Assembly (NCBI RefSeq): GCF_009834535.1
Contig: NC_045696.1
Span: 59,894,001 to 59,958,000, forward strand
Source: Camelus ferus
Lineage: Eukaryota
Direction of reading: 5' to 3'
Length of the DNA: 64,000 nt
This document shows, in pieces, positions 14,510 to 26,600 of this stretch. The stretch's first letter is position 1, and each line of letters starts with the position of its first letter. The notes below the pieces were generated by a model that saw only the letters and a list, made by a program, of their open reading frames with translations, did no database searches and was not told where the DNA came from. A program made the position numbers and the translations under genes.

Positions 14510-14850
14510 TTTCAGGTGGAGTATTTCCACGCCCCGCTGCTGCTGGGCTTAGCTGTTACCTTTCTCTGACCAATGGACTGTGGGTGGAGGGATCAGGGAC
14601 CCAGTTCTGAGCCTAGACTCGTGTTTCTACTCACTCATCTTTCACTGCCACCACGATCAGGCCCTGATTAGCCCACACATCCCAGAAGAATAAGAAAAAA
14701 TTAAGAGTGGAGCCCACACCAGCCTTCCACAGCCTGAGGTGCCGAGGCCCCACCTGGTGTGCAGGCCCCTGAGCAGGATGATAAGTGCTCAGTATCGTGG
14801 CCGTGGGATTTGGGGGAGGCTTGTTGTGCAGCAATAGCCGGCTGACACGT
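14510..14850 (+). mobile_element. MaLR (MLT1-type) LTR remnant
   Basis: tgaccaatggactgtgggtggagg...cagttctgagcctag...gggatttgggggaggcttgttgtgcagcaatagc. Confidence 0.5.
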
Positions 14851-17800
14851 TTACAGTGCACCACGCCAGTTGTAGCCCTGGTTACGAGGGAGACAAAACT
14901 TTATTCCACCAAGACCCAGGCTCCCTGTCTGCCTTCCCCTTTGACTGCTTCCAGTGATCTCTCCAGAAGCAGCAGCTGCCGGGCTCCTGCAGGGATACTG
15001 TGCTTCGTCGCCATGAGCCCATGTCAGCCAGCCGGTGACCCACGGACTCCGCAGTGTGCGGCCTCCACCCCTCCGCGGACGGGGCGAGTCGTGTCGTCAG
15101 TGCTGGGGTGTGCGACTGGCTGACTGAGCGCGGGCCGAGGGGACCAGTGGAGCAAGGATACCAAAACATGCCTTTTGAAGGAGTCTGGTACTCCAAAAGA
15201 GGGGTGGGGGGCCAGGACTCTTGGGGTGCTGTATGTTTATTTTATGGTTAATGCTGTTTTGTTAATTTTTAATTTTGGATTATAGGGTGTGGGATGCCAC
15301 ATTTTTTAGATCCTCAGGCCTTCAAAGTTCATAATCAGGCCTCGTCTGAACTATCAAGCTTTTTCCCCTCCCTCCTTTTTTGCCCTGCAGTCTGCTTTCT
15401 CCAGTTTCTGTACTTGGCCTTTGGCCTCAGGAAAGGGATGCCACAATGGAAACACAAAGAGAAACAAAGCAATTAGAATGCTTTTTAACTTTTAAAGTTC
15501 AAGGTTCTGGCGTATGTATTGGTTTGGAAGAACGTTTGCCTCTCCTTCCCACCAAGGGAGCAGGGGAGAGGAACAGAAGGCAGAGGGGTGGTCACAGTCA
15601 CCCAGGGGTGGGCTGTGGTACAGGCTCCCTGACCCCAGACTGAACTCCAGGGCAGGAGGGAGGGAAGAGAGGAGGAAAAAAGGCGTGCAGGCCACAGAGG
15701 AGCTCTGGGCCTCGCTCTTCTAGGAGGGGCCCAGGAGAGCAGGGGACTGTGCAGAGACCCAGCACGGGCCGTGGCAGTGGACTTGGAGGCCATGCGTGGC
15801 TGGGGCAGAGCCTGAGGTGGCCTGAGCCTCCTGTCCCTCCAGATAACATGAGGGAGAAGCCACGAAGTCTTTTCATTTCTCTGAAAGGGTGTGGGAGTTA
15901 ACTGAGAAACAGAGCTGGTGGACTGGAAGGCTCTCCACGAGTGTGCAGGGACACTTCAACGGAAAGTGGTTCTGATGAGGACAGTGACGTCTTAGCAGGT
16001 GTCGGGTGCACAGACGGTTCCGTGGGCCACCTCCAGGGTCATGACACTGTACCTAGCAACCAGCAGGGTGGGGCGTGGGGGTCCTGAGACAACTGTGTTT
16101 AACAAGACACTGTCCCTCTTTACCTAGTAACTGTTTTCTGCCATCACTTGAATACTTGAAGTAGAGGTGATATGGAGTTAAAAAATAATGTTTTTTTGCA
16201 TACCTGAGTGATGGCCCAGAGATTCTTATTCGCCTCAGAATTTGCTCAGGGGAAAACAGCCTGGTCAGATCTCCTTCCCTGCCTTATGCTCCCCCCTCCC
16301 CTGCCCACGCCATCCTGCTGCCCTTGGACTTCCCTGAATCCCACAGTCTGTCTCCTTTTGGGCTGCAGCATCCCCTGTTCCTCCCTTTTAGACTCCGGGT
16401 CCCTCCGATACGGGATGTCTCCCAGCTCAAGTCAAGCCTACATTCCCTGCAGGGACAGCTGGGCAGGCGGGAGAGGCAGGCAGCCCTGGCCTTCCCGTCT
16501 CTCCTGGGGCCTCTGCCCCCACCTCCCACCCACGTGGAGACCCTCACTCAGGATGTGGCCACACAACCCTCAGCTGACGGTGTATTCTGTTCAGTGTAGG
16601 TTTTTTAAAATAGTTTTATGGTCACAGGCTAGGATGTGAATGCCAACCAGTACCCACGTCTGCTCATGCAAGTACTCCAGCTGGACTGGCAGGGAGATGC
16701 GCCACGAACCAGTGCCTACACAAACCATGGCCACATCCATGGAAAGGACTCTTTACAGTGTTGAACTTTTGTGCCAGGAATCATGAAGTGTGTGTCAGCT
16801 GTCATCTTCCCTCATTTTTTAGATAGACAAGTTCCTTGAGCTGTGCGTGGATTCGTGGTTACCACCCATGTACCAGACTGCTCCTAAGCTGGGGACAAGA
16901 GAGAGATGCAAGGAAGAGGTGGGGGAGAGATACTTTGTAACCTGTCTGTACGTGGAGGTACATTTTATTTCAGTAAAGATGTGTGCCTCGAAGTGGGAAA
17001 CTCAGATGACTCCCTAGTCATATGAGGGAGCTCTAGGATCAGGAAAGACAGTCTTGCTTTTCCTGAGAGAAGGTGCGACGCAGAGGAAAGAGCAGCAGAC
17101 CAGAGAAGGGATCCCTGAGCTGGGGTGTCACGTGCCCACCCTCACTCCACAGGTGACCAATCTCAATCTCCTCCTTAGAAAGAGAAGGCATTACCTTCCC
17201 TGAATACCACGTGGGCCTATTGTGAGGGTCAAATGAGGAGAGGCTGCTTTTAGTCTCAGGTGTTTGACAGTCTGTGGAATAGGACCAATGAAGCTACAAT
17301 TGGCGAGCCTTCCAGGGTGTTTCTGAAGTCAGACTACGATGGTAAGTGGTAACCAGTTGCCTGATAGATAGACCCAGGCTTTTCAGGATGTTCCTTATTT
17401 ACACATTCATGAGCATTATTCTGACCAGGGGTCTGTAGCGGTCACTAGAACACCAAAAGGGTCCCCAACCCAAAATGGTTAAGAACTATCCTAGAAGGTT
17501 GCTGGGGCTCATAACCCTATGGTTATTTGCAGTTTAGAGCCTGCCTTTTTGCAACAAGAATTTGAGGCCATTTAAAGTGAAGACACTATGCAAGACACCT
17601 CTCAGAAGGATGGGAGAGCAAGGGTGGAGGTGGGGGCGGGGGGGATGGGGGCAGCAGAGGGAGCAGGGTTCGGTGGAGAGGATGAGGAGCCTGGTAAGAA
17701 CCCGAGGTAGGTTACGCTTAGTGGCATTTATTTCCCAGCCTCCTGACTATCAAGACTCAATTATACAGGTGCCATTGTGTGACAAAATGAAGCCTCAGAA

Positions 17801-18879
17801 TGTCCCAGCACTGAACTCCAGAGAAACAAATTGGCTGTGAAGACCATCTCACTGTGACATGTCATCAACCCGCCTCGGCAGCCTTGTCAGTTGGGGCTGG
17901 CTGGGCAGTGACCGTCCCTCCCAAAGCCGCAAGCTCGGCAGGAGGATCCACGCGGACCGAGAAGGATGAATCTCCCAGCACAGCTCTCCCTTCCCAGCAC
18001 CACCGCCTGCTCAGCTGTCTCGCTCCACTTACATCTTCCCCCGGGGGCCTGGGGGCAAAATGGAGCCGTGTCCTGCCTGCCTGAGAAGCCTGGAGCTCCT
18101 GAGCTGGGGCAGGACAGAAGCCAGGTGGGGAGAGACCTGTCCCAGCCTCCTGAGCCCGCTGAGCCGGAGGAGAGGGACGGGAGCACCGCCGTCACGGACA
18201 CGTCCAGCAGGGCCCTGGCTGTACTTCCAGGGCTGGCTCCACGGTCCACAAGGGCTGCCTCAGACACACTTACCTCCTCCTGAGTCTCCTCTATGCGGCT
18301 GTGCTGTCTCCGCTGCTCCTCCGGGTCAGTCACAGAGCCTGCTGGAAGCTGCACTCCAGGCAGCAGGAGCCCCGCACAGAGGGAGGAGCTATTCAGGTAA
18401 GAGATGGCACTGGGGCAGAGAAAAGGACCTTCTCTCCACCCCTCTGATCTCCCCATCTGTTTGCTGTTACCTGAAATTCATCCCAAGAGTTCCATGATCA
18501 TCAACCTCCAGCTCTGAGTCTAATTAAGCAAATTAAAAACACATGTCTTCCCAGAAGAAGCAGCTGTTAGTTATTTTAGTTTGACTAAGGCCTAGTCAAC
18601 CAAGTGGAATGAGAATCCCCATCCTTTTTAAGAGTGATACTATAATCCTAATTTGCTTAAAGTTACACATATATCCATAGAAAAAGAAAGACAGGCATCA
18701 TCCACAAAAAGAGCAAGAGTGGTTACCTCTGTGTGGTGTGATTATAAAAGACTTTTACTTTATGATCTCTTCATTTTCCATCTTTTCAATGTACTACTTT
18801 TACAATTAAAAAAAATTGTTAAAAATCAATAAAAATAAGTAGCATTTGGAAATACTATTAAATCAACAAATTGATTACA

Positions 18880-18930
18880 AAAGAAAGGAAAGAAAGGAAG
18901 GAAGGAAAAAGGAGGAAAGAATGAAGGAAA
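18880..18930. repeat. Imperfect (GGAA/GAAA)n purine repeat
   Basis: aagaaaggaaagaaaggaaggaaggaaaaaggaggaaagaatgaaggaaa. Confidence 0.7.
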
Positions 18931-19100
18931 GGGCCTGTCAGCCTTCGGTTTGAGAAAGTTTTGCAGCCCACCTTCAGCTCCTGCTCCATCATTTGTGTTA
19001 ACCCAGGCGAGATGCAGGGCGGGGGAACAGGGAAGTGTGGCCGAATCACCTCAAGAAAGAAGGGAATCACGTAGTGAGGATCTCAGGAGTCGTCTCTGAA

Positions 19101-19180
19101 CTGCTGTCCCCAGGGTGTCCAGCAGGGGGCAGCAGACCACTGTGAGCAGCTGCTCTGACAACAGCCATCTGGTGGCACCA
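19101..19180. promoter_or_regulatory. Pair of inward-facing CTCF-like motifs
   Basis: + strand CCAGCAGGGGGCAG 19119-19132; - strand CCACCAGATGGC 19175-19164. Confidence 0.6.
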
Positions 19181-20549
19181 AGGGGATACCCCTAACTTCC
19201 ACATCAGGTGGAAACCATCCTCTATGTTGGCGGCTCAAGAACACTGTGCCCTTACAGAGCTGCCCAGATAGAAAATGATTTTGAACAAGTTAATGATGTG
19301 TCTCCAAGAAACCCACAGTCAAGCAAAAAAGAAACCCAAAGTTTCTTCCAAAGTCGTATTTTTCTGTTTAGAAAGGTTTCAAAGCCACCATTTATCTGTT
19401 TTGTATATATACCTATATTTGGCTTTATTCCAAAAGGGATTTAAGGCAGCTTCGCCTTCACGAGATCTGTTTCATCCTAATTACATAGGACAAAGGAAAC
19501 TCAGAATCTGTTCCTATCTCCCCCAGGTAATGGGGCTGTTTTCTGATAGACATCTGTCTTAGTGTTTGCTAAAATTAAGTAAAGGGAATTTGGTCCAAGG
19601 CTGAGAGCAGATGAATTTGGAATGAAAACCCAATAGCCTTGAAGTGATGCCAATAGGGGAAAAAAAGTGAGATTTTAGGACGGTAGCAGGAGGCCGGCAC
19701 TCCAGTTGCCAGACCTGGCTCTTCCTACCAGTTTGTCATTAGGCTCCTGACACCTGGGAAAGCCAGCATCCCCTCTCCAGCAATTAGCTTCAGTCTTCTT
19801 TAAAGAGGATAGAATCAGGTAACGTGTGGGGGCCCTCTTGCCTCAGATACGGGAAAGATGGGAACAGATGGGGACTTACGGGCTCTGCAGGGAAGGGAAG
19901 GTGAAATGGGTTTTGTGCTTTGGGGCATGGAAGTTTGGCTGGGGAAGGCACTGGAAAGAAATTGTTCTTGATAATATTGTGCAAGAAGTTTGGAAATCAC
20001 ATCTTGACCCTTCATCTGTACAGTCTAGTTCCAGCCTCAGCACCTGTGGACAGGGGTGGGAGGCCGAGGGGATGGTCGGCACAGTTTCTAGCCTAAACTC
20101 TTTAAGCAAACGTTGGGAGGGTCCAAAGGCACCTGCCCAGGCCTCCCTGGAGCACCCCCACCGGCTGCCCCCGAGCCCCACATGGAGCTGTGTGAAGAGC
20201 CCTGATCTGGAGTATCAGACGGGCTGGTGTGGAGTCCCCTGAGGGAGGGCACAGCCATTTCAGTCCCCACTGGGTCACCATTCACGACCACTTAGAAGAA
20301 CGTGCACGTCATAAAGAGTGTCAGGCAAACACGGAATCTTTTGGTTTTAGTCTTTACTTTCATTACCAAACAATCTTTCCTTTTCATTACAAAAGTACTA
20401 AACAAACATGGACAGAAGAAAGCTGACATTTGCAAACTATGTGCCTTCAACCGGCGTCTCAATAATCCCATCACCAACGCCCATGTGCGAGGCAGACACC
20501 AGGCAGGTAATTCTCAGGAATCAGGACTATACCATAAATGCACGATCTT

Positions 20550-20555
20550 TTTATT
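20550..20555 (-). terminator. ITGB5 proximal polyadenylation signal (AATAAA)
   Basis: TTTATT on the + strand, about 380 nt past the ITGB5 stop, in an AT-rich context. Confidence 0.65.
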
Positions 20556-20934
20556 TCATATAAAAATGATCAACACGAGAAAAGCTAAGACTGTGTCTGT
20601 CGGTGTTTTACACTGACGCTCCCAAGAGCCTTCCCCTCTGGCCAGGCTGGAGGGAGAGGCAGCCCAGTGTCTCAGCAGTTCACTGAGACCATGAGCCAGA
20701 TGTGGTGAGGAAAGTCAAGAGCGCCAAAGTCCTGGCCGGCGCCGGGCTCGGAGGGGTGGCCAGGTGGCGCGGCCGGGCGCCTTGCTGTGCAGCCGCGGGC
20801 TCCTCGGCCAGGCCCACTGGAAGGTCACCGTGCTTGGCCGTGCAGGGAGCCGTGAGCAGGCTGAGCAGCTGTCCCAGCGTGTCCGCCTCTAACCTGAGCA
20901 CGTGCCCCTCCAGCCCTTTGAGGAGGAGGCACCG

Positions 20935-21030
20935 TCAGTCCACTGTGCCGTTGTAGGATTTGTTGAACTTGTTGAAGGTGAAGTCCACGGTGTGTGTGGA
21001 GATGGGCTTTCTGTACAGAGGGTTCGAGGC
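20935..21030 (-). CDS. ITGB5: Integrin beta-5 last coding exon (cytoplasmic tail)
   Basis: ctgcag|GCCTCG acceptor; [34 protein letters not shown], with NPLY and NKSY motifs. Confidence 0.97.
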
Positions 21031-21622
21031 CTGCAGAACAGGGGAGGCCAGAGGACGTGCGTTAGTTCGTTTGTTCAAACATGCAGAGTCAGGGCTGGGG
21101 GCCCTTCTCGGGTCAGTGCTGTTGTGCTGCAGGCCTGGCTGCCTCGAACCTGCCGGCCTGGGAAGGGCCCTCCCTTCCCAGAGCTTTCTGTCTGTCTCTG
21201 CAAGGAGGGGCTGCATCAGATGGTCTCTACAGTCCCTTCCAGCTTTAACAGAAACTAACTGGGGATTCAGGGGCACTGACTCAGTGCTCCATCCTTCGGG
21301 AGCAAGCAGTTTGCTTGGGGACCCGAGACTCACACACACAGATCTGTGACAGACTGAGCACTTGGGGTCCTCTCCGGGACTGTGTCCAGACCATCCAGAC
21401 TTCCTGCTGATGCTGCACTGAGCGCCTGCCTGTGAGCCTCCTAACCCGGGTCTGGCACAGGGCTCTGTGCAGGGCATCCAGGATTGGGCAAATACTGCCT
21501 GCGATCACATTTTGCCTTTGTTTTCAATTCCAAACATGTCAGTGGGCTTTTGTCGGCTGTTTGAACACAACTGGACCCCGAAGCCTGATCATTTTTCTAT
21601 TTCCAACTTCCCACTGGCTTAC

Positions 21623-21789
21623 CATTTCGTAGCGGGCCCGGGATCGCTCGCTCTGGAACTTTGCAAACTCTCTCCGGTCGTGGATGGTGACGAGCAGCTT
21701 CCAGATGGCCAGGAGCGCAATCCCAACCAGGAGGATGCTGCCAACCACAACCAGGAGGATGGTCATGGCATTGGGGGCGGTTCCACACT
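21623..21789 (-). CDS. ITGB5: Integrin beta-5 exon 14 (transmembrane and membrane-proximal tail)
   Basis: ccag|AGTGT acceptor; ATG|gtaagc donor; 167 nt; [56 protein letters not shown]. Confidence 0.97.
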
Positions 21790-23104
21790 CTGGAGGGGAC
21801 CAAGGCATGGTGAGGAAAGCCACCAGCACCACCATTTCCCCAGCCTCACACCCAGACCTCAGGCACATCTGTGATGAAGGGGATGCCTCTCCCCAAAGGC
21901 CTCCCCTCAATGCTTTGCGACCCCCACATTGCTTCTGGGAGACCTGGGGGGCAGGCAGGTTTCTCCAATGCACAAAAAGTGAAAGATTCAAAGAGGGCTG
22001 GTGACTGTTCTAAGGCCCACAGCAATCGATGGCAAAGCCCAGGAGAAGCCTGGTGGCCACTCCACTTTACTCGGGCTGTGTGTGCACGGCTGCATCTCCC
22101 CAACTTGAAGCTCCCACACCCCAGCCTGGCCCCGCCTTCCGTACAGGACGCTGGACCACATCTCAGCTTTCATGTAAACAGTTTCAGGAGCAGACTGGAC
22201 AGGCAGGAGGTATCATGAAGCCGCTTCCACAAGGGCTGGGCAAGGGGCCAGCCAACATTTGTAAGCCCTTAGTGTGGAGCTCTTTGGAGCAAATGTGCTT
22301 ATTTTCAAAGAACCACAAAGACAGCCCTTGGAAACAAAGCCTCATTCTTACAGGCGTGCATCCTGGGCCGGGACCACAACACTTCCCTCTGCCTCTGGCC
22401 TAGGGAAGGCACATTATGTGGTCTGGCCCCATATGGAAAAACAGTTTGCAATGCTGTGAATTGAAGAGAGCAGATCTTTTTCTGCCCCCCACACCCCCGA
22501 CTCCTCCAGAGAAAAGTAAAAGAGGTCATACCAGAAACCCTAATTACCTCAAGGAAGGGGACCAGAGCATGAGGCAGAATTGTCTGTGTTGGATTACTGT
22601 GCCGTCCTCAGTGACCCAGGGAGCTAGACACAGCAGCACTCCATCTGCCCTTCTTAGACTCCACGCCAGCAAGTGCGCAGCCCAGCGAGGGCTGCGTGTG
22701 CACCCGGATGCTCCCTGATGCAAGACTGGCCAGCCCAGCCCTGATGGTCCAGACCCGCCCTGCACACTCGCACCACCACCAGCCGTGTAGGTTAAGTGTG
22801 TTCTGTGCTTACTGTCACCGCTGTGACCACCTCCTTCAAGATGAAACACTCCCCCAGGGCAGGGCCCTAGCCTCCTGTAACTCCCAGTACCCCAAGCTGT
22901 GCCCCCCAAGCTCCACGCCAGCAGTGGGCCCCCAGATGTACAGCCATCCTTCCAAACTCTAGCAGTAGGGGAGGGGTGACCTTAGACCTTGATCTTTGTA
23001 AGGAATGTATCTCTCCTCTTTCTCAAGTATGGAAAGGACGGTGAGAACAAGTGATATGTCAGAAACTGAGCCCCCAGCGGAGGAGAGAGCTGGCCCCCAC
23101 CCAC

Positions 23105-23224
23105 CTGGCTCCCTGAGGACCGTCAGGTTGGACTTCCCACTGGGGAGCTCTGTGTAGGTGAACATCATCACACAATCCTTGGCAGTTTTGTAGAAACAGA
23201 GCACAGCCTCCTGGTCATCTTTCA
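23105..23224 (-). CDS. ITGB5: Integrin beta-5 exon 13 (beta-tail domain)
   Basis: ccag|TGAAAG acceptor; CAG|gtgggt donor; 120 nt; [40 protein letters not shown]. Confidence 0.96.
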
Positions 23225-24739
23225 CTGGAAGAAAACCAAGCAGAAACATCCTGAGTATGTCTCTGAGCAACTCAGAGCCGCTGATGGACAGGGTGAGGAT
23301 TCAGACCCCTCAGAGAAGGAAGTGGGTGCAGAGAGGCTTAAAGGGGAGGCTGGGCCTGAAAGACGAGGCCAGCTTTCTCACATCAAGAGTGCAGGCCCAG
23401 GTGCTGAGTTAGCTTCTCTGGGGACATGAATTTCCTTCCAAGCAAGGGAGGCCCCTCAGTCCTCTGCAGCGCTTGCTGGGGCGACATGGAAGGAGAGGAG
23501 GCAGGACCCCGGGCGGGACTGAGCAGCAGAACTGGACAAAGCGAAGAAGGGCCACACTGGTGCTCCTGGAGGCCGAGTGAGAGCTCACACGTGAGTCCAC
23601 TGGGCCGGGAGCTGGCTGAGAAGCCAAGAGCCGGCAGCTCTTTCCTGGGATATAAAACCAGAAAGACCCACAAGGAGACGAGGATGTCTGGACGAGAGGC
23701 TGGCAGCCCCCGTGGGGCCTGCGCCGATGCACAGCGAGTCAGCGCCGGAGGCCAGGGCCAGGCCGGACACCGCTGGCCTCGCCTTGCCCTCAAGGAAGCC
23801 CCCTTCCGTGAGCTGCTTCCACACCACCCTGTCCCCACACAGCTGTTACCCAAGGCAGAGGTGTCACAATCCCCCCCCCCCCAGGTGTTAACCCCTGGGA
23901 CGGGGTTAGACTGAATTCTAGGAGGGAAAGGACGCAGGGAAGAGTGTTAAGTAAGAGGGAGGCGGGCAGCGCGGGAATGGCCTCGGCCCTGAATGACGGC
24001 TGCGGGCCAGGCTGAGACGCCAGGTGCTTTCCAGCCCTGGCCTACATGAGCCTGTTGCTCAGAGGTGCTTCCACCTGGACCCAGACACTTTGCTGTGGGT
24101 ATCGTACAGGGAGGCCGGGGCTTTCTCAGCTCCCAGTCCTAAGTCCAGTCTGGGTGAGAGGGCGTGTGGGTGCATGAAAAGGCCTAGGCGAAGGAAGGAA
24201 GGAGGTAACTGGGGAATTCGAACAGAAGCCCTCTGTGAGCAGCTGATCCATCTCAGAGGCACAGACTGCGAGGCAGCTGTGCACAAATGGCTGCATTCCC
24301 TCCAGAGTGAGGGAACTGCTACTGGGCTGTGGGCAGGCATCGCCCTGTCTTTCCTGCGTGTGCCTGGTTAGGGGCAACGGTCCCAGGGCTGCAGGCGGAA
24401 CTGGCTGGGAGCCAGGCCTCAAGTCACTAGACAGAAGCAGGGCAGGCAAACGGGCTCCCGGCTGGCTCCCAGGTCCAGCACAAGCCCTGGCACAGCGATT
24501 ATGGGTTGGCTGAATACAAGACTCGGCATCCTCAGGAGCTGGTACCTGGCCAGACAGAGCAGTCAGTCAAGACCAGGGAGGCAGGAACGCGGAAGTCTAC
24601 ACAGGGGTCAGGTCGGGGCCAAGACAGATGAGTGGCCAGGGCGAGGAGGCTGCAGCAGCTGAGGGCGTGGAAGAGGGTCGGGCTGCCTGAAAGGGAACCT
24701 CAGAGGCAGAGTCCCTTTGAGGGCACACACTCTTTCTTC

Positions 24740-25400
24740 CTCACCATTGTAACCACTGTGAAGTTTATCATCCCATAGTTTTAGTACATTCGCCACATTG
24801 TGTAATTGTTCCCACTAATTCCAGAACATTTCCATCACCCCAGAAAGAAACCCCACACCTCTTACCACTCAGTCCCAATTCCCTTCTCTCCCCAGGCCCT
24901 GGCGACCTCTAGTGCAGTGTCTGTCTCTGTGCTTTCATCTATTCTGGACATTTTGTAAAAATGGAGTCATACATGTCCTTTTCTGTCTGGCTTCCTTCAC
25001 TTAGCATAATGTTTGCAGGGTTCATCAATGCTGTGGCATGTCTTAGCACCTCATTCCTTTTTAAGGCCAAATAATATCCTATTGCATGGATGTACCACCA
25101 CAGTTTACTTTTGCATTTATCAGTTGATTTACATTTGGGTTGTTTCCAATTTGGACTGTTATGAATAATGTCACTATGAACACTCATGTACAAGTTTTTG
25201 TGTTAACGTATGCCTTCAATTCCTGGGGGTATACACCTGGGGGTGTTAACTGCCGGATCATGTGGTAACTCTATGTTTAATCTGTGGGGAGCTGCCAAAC
25301 CGTTTTCCAAAGTGGCTGCATCATTTCACATTCCCCAGCAGTGCATGGGGGTTCAGGCTCACTTGGACTGGATGTAACTAGAGTTTTCCAGACCCGTACT
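24740..25400 (-). mobile_element. LINE-1 3' portion (L1MB-like), antisense
   Basis: Minus-strand ORF2 C-terminal/3'UTR remnant (NWKQPKCKSTDK...LWWYIHAIGYYLALKRNEVLRHAT; MQPLWKTVWQ). Confidence 0.8.
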
Positions 25401-26496
25401 AAACCCCGTGACGTGTCTGTAGGGCTAAGGTGTGTGATCTGCAGCCTTACCCTTAGAAACTCCTCAGCCTGGACAGCAATGGCTGTACCAGGAAAGAATG
25501 GACGCAGCCCAGAGATGGTGAAAACAAACATGTCTGCACCTCTGTCGGAGCCTCCTTGTGGGCTCCTGGTCAGAACTGGACCTGTGGTAAAGGCATGGCT
25601 GGAAGGATGAATGGATGGGGTCAAACTGCAGCGGCTGGAACGAGAAGAGCCTGTGATGTAAGCTGCCGGGCAGGACAATGGAACAGGGAGTGGGCGACCC
25701 GTCACCAGGAGAAGGGCACCGGGGCGGCACTGGACCCCGGGTTCATCCAGACTGAATGTGAGCTCTGCCTTGTCCGATGCCAGCAGCATCGGGACGGCTG
25801 TGCTAGGCCGAGGTCAAATGGGGCAGAGACTGGCTAGCTGGTCACCAAACATGGTTTCCTGGCTTCCTGGACGTTTCTCACCATCCTCGCAGTTAAATGT
25901 GGCCGGACAACTGGGCTCTGGGTGCAGGTTATGGGCACCACTTCCAGGTCTGGCCCATGAAAGCCCCCCGCCTGATCCCTCCCTGTCTTCCCCACTTGCT
26001 GACTCAATGGAGGGGATTCCAAGGACCTGGAGGAGGGTGGAACCACCATCTAGAGGGTACCTGAGTTCTGCAGGACCACATGGAGTCCTTGTCAGCATCT
26101 TCACTGGACTTTCAGTAGTGACAGACTGACTTACATTTTGTTAAGTCTCTGAGGTCTGGGGTTGGTTTGTTGTGGCAGCTAACAGCACCGATTCTAACAT
26201 GCCAACTTCAAAGGAAGCCTGGGAGATGAGGCTAGGAAGGGACTGGGCTCCAGGAACCGGACAGAGGAGGTCTTATACCTGGAGAGCCTGGAACCACTGC
26301 CCCAGCCCAGGCGCCCCAAGTCCTACGGGGGAGCCAGCAAGGACTGGCCAAGGCGCTGAGGCTGCTTCCTAACTCAAGACTAAAACTACCCCGCCTGCCA
26401 GGCAGTCCTGACGGTCATCCTCGTCAGGGAGAAGGTCTCTGTGTGTCTGCCAAGATCCTAAAGGGGCAGCTGCCCGGGGCCACTCAGCACACTCAC

Positions 26497-26600
26497 CGAT
26501 GGTGTCCACCCGCGTGATCACCTCATCCTTGCACAGGTTTTGGCAAGTCTGGTTGTCAGCTGAGCTCCCTGAGTGAAGCAGCAAGCATTCCACACAATCT
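26497..26600 (-). CDS. ITGB5: Integrin beta-5 exon 12 (beta-tail domain)
   Basis: aag|AGATTG acceptor; TCG|gtgagt donor; 104 nt; [35 protein letters not shown]. Confidence 0.96.

Noticed and set aside
12332..18497. Hidden gene between UMPS and ITGB5 (many overlapping 60-200 aa ORFs)
   Set aside because: No recognisable protein similarity or consistent exon chain; partly repeat-derived
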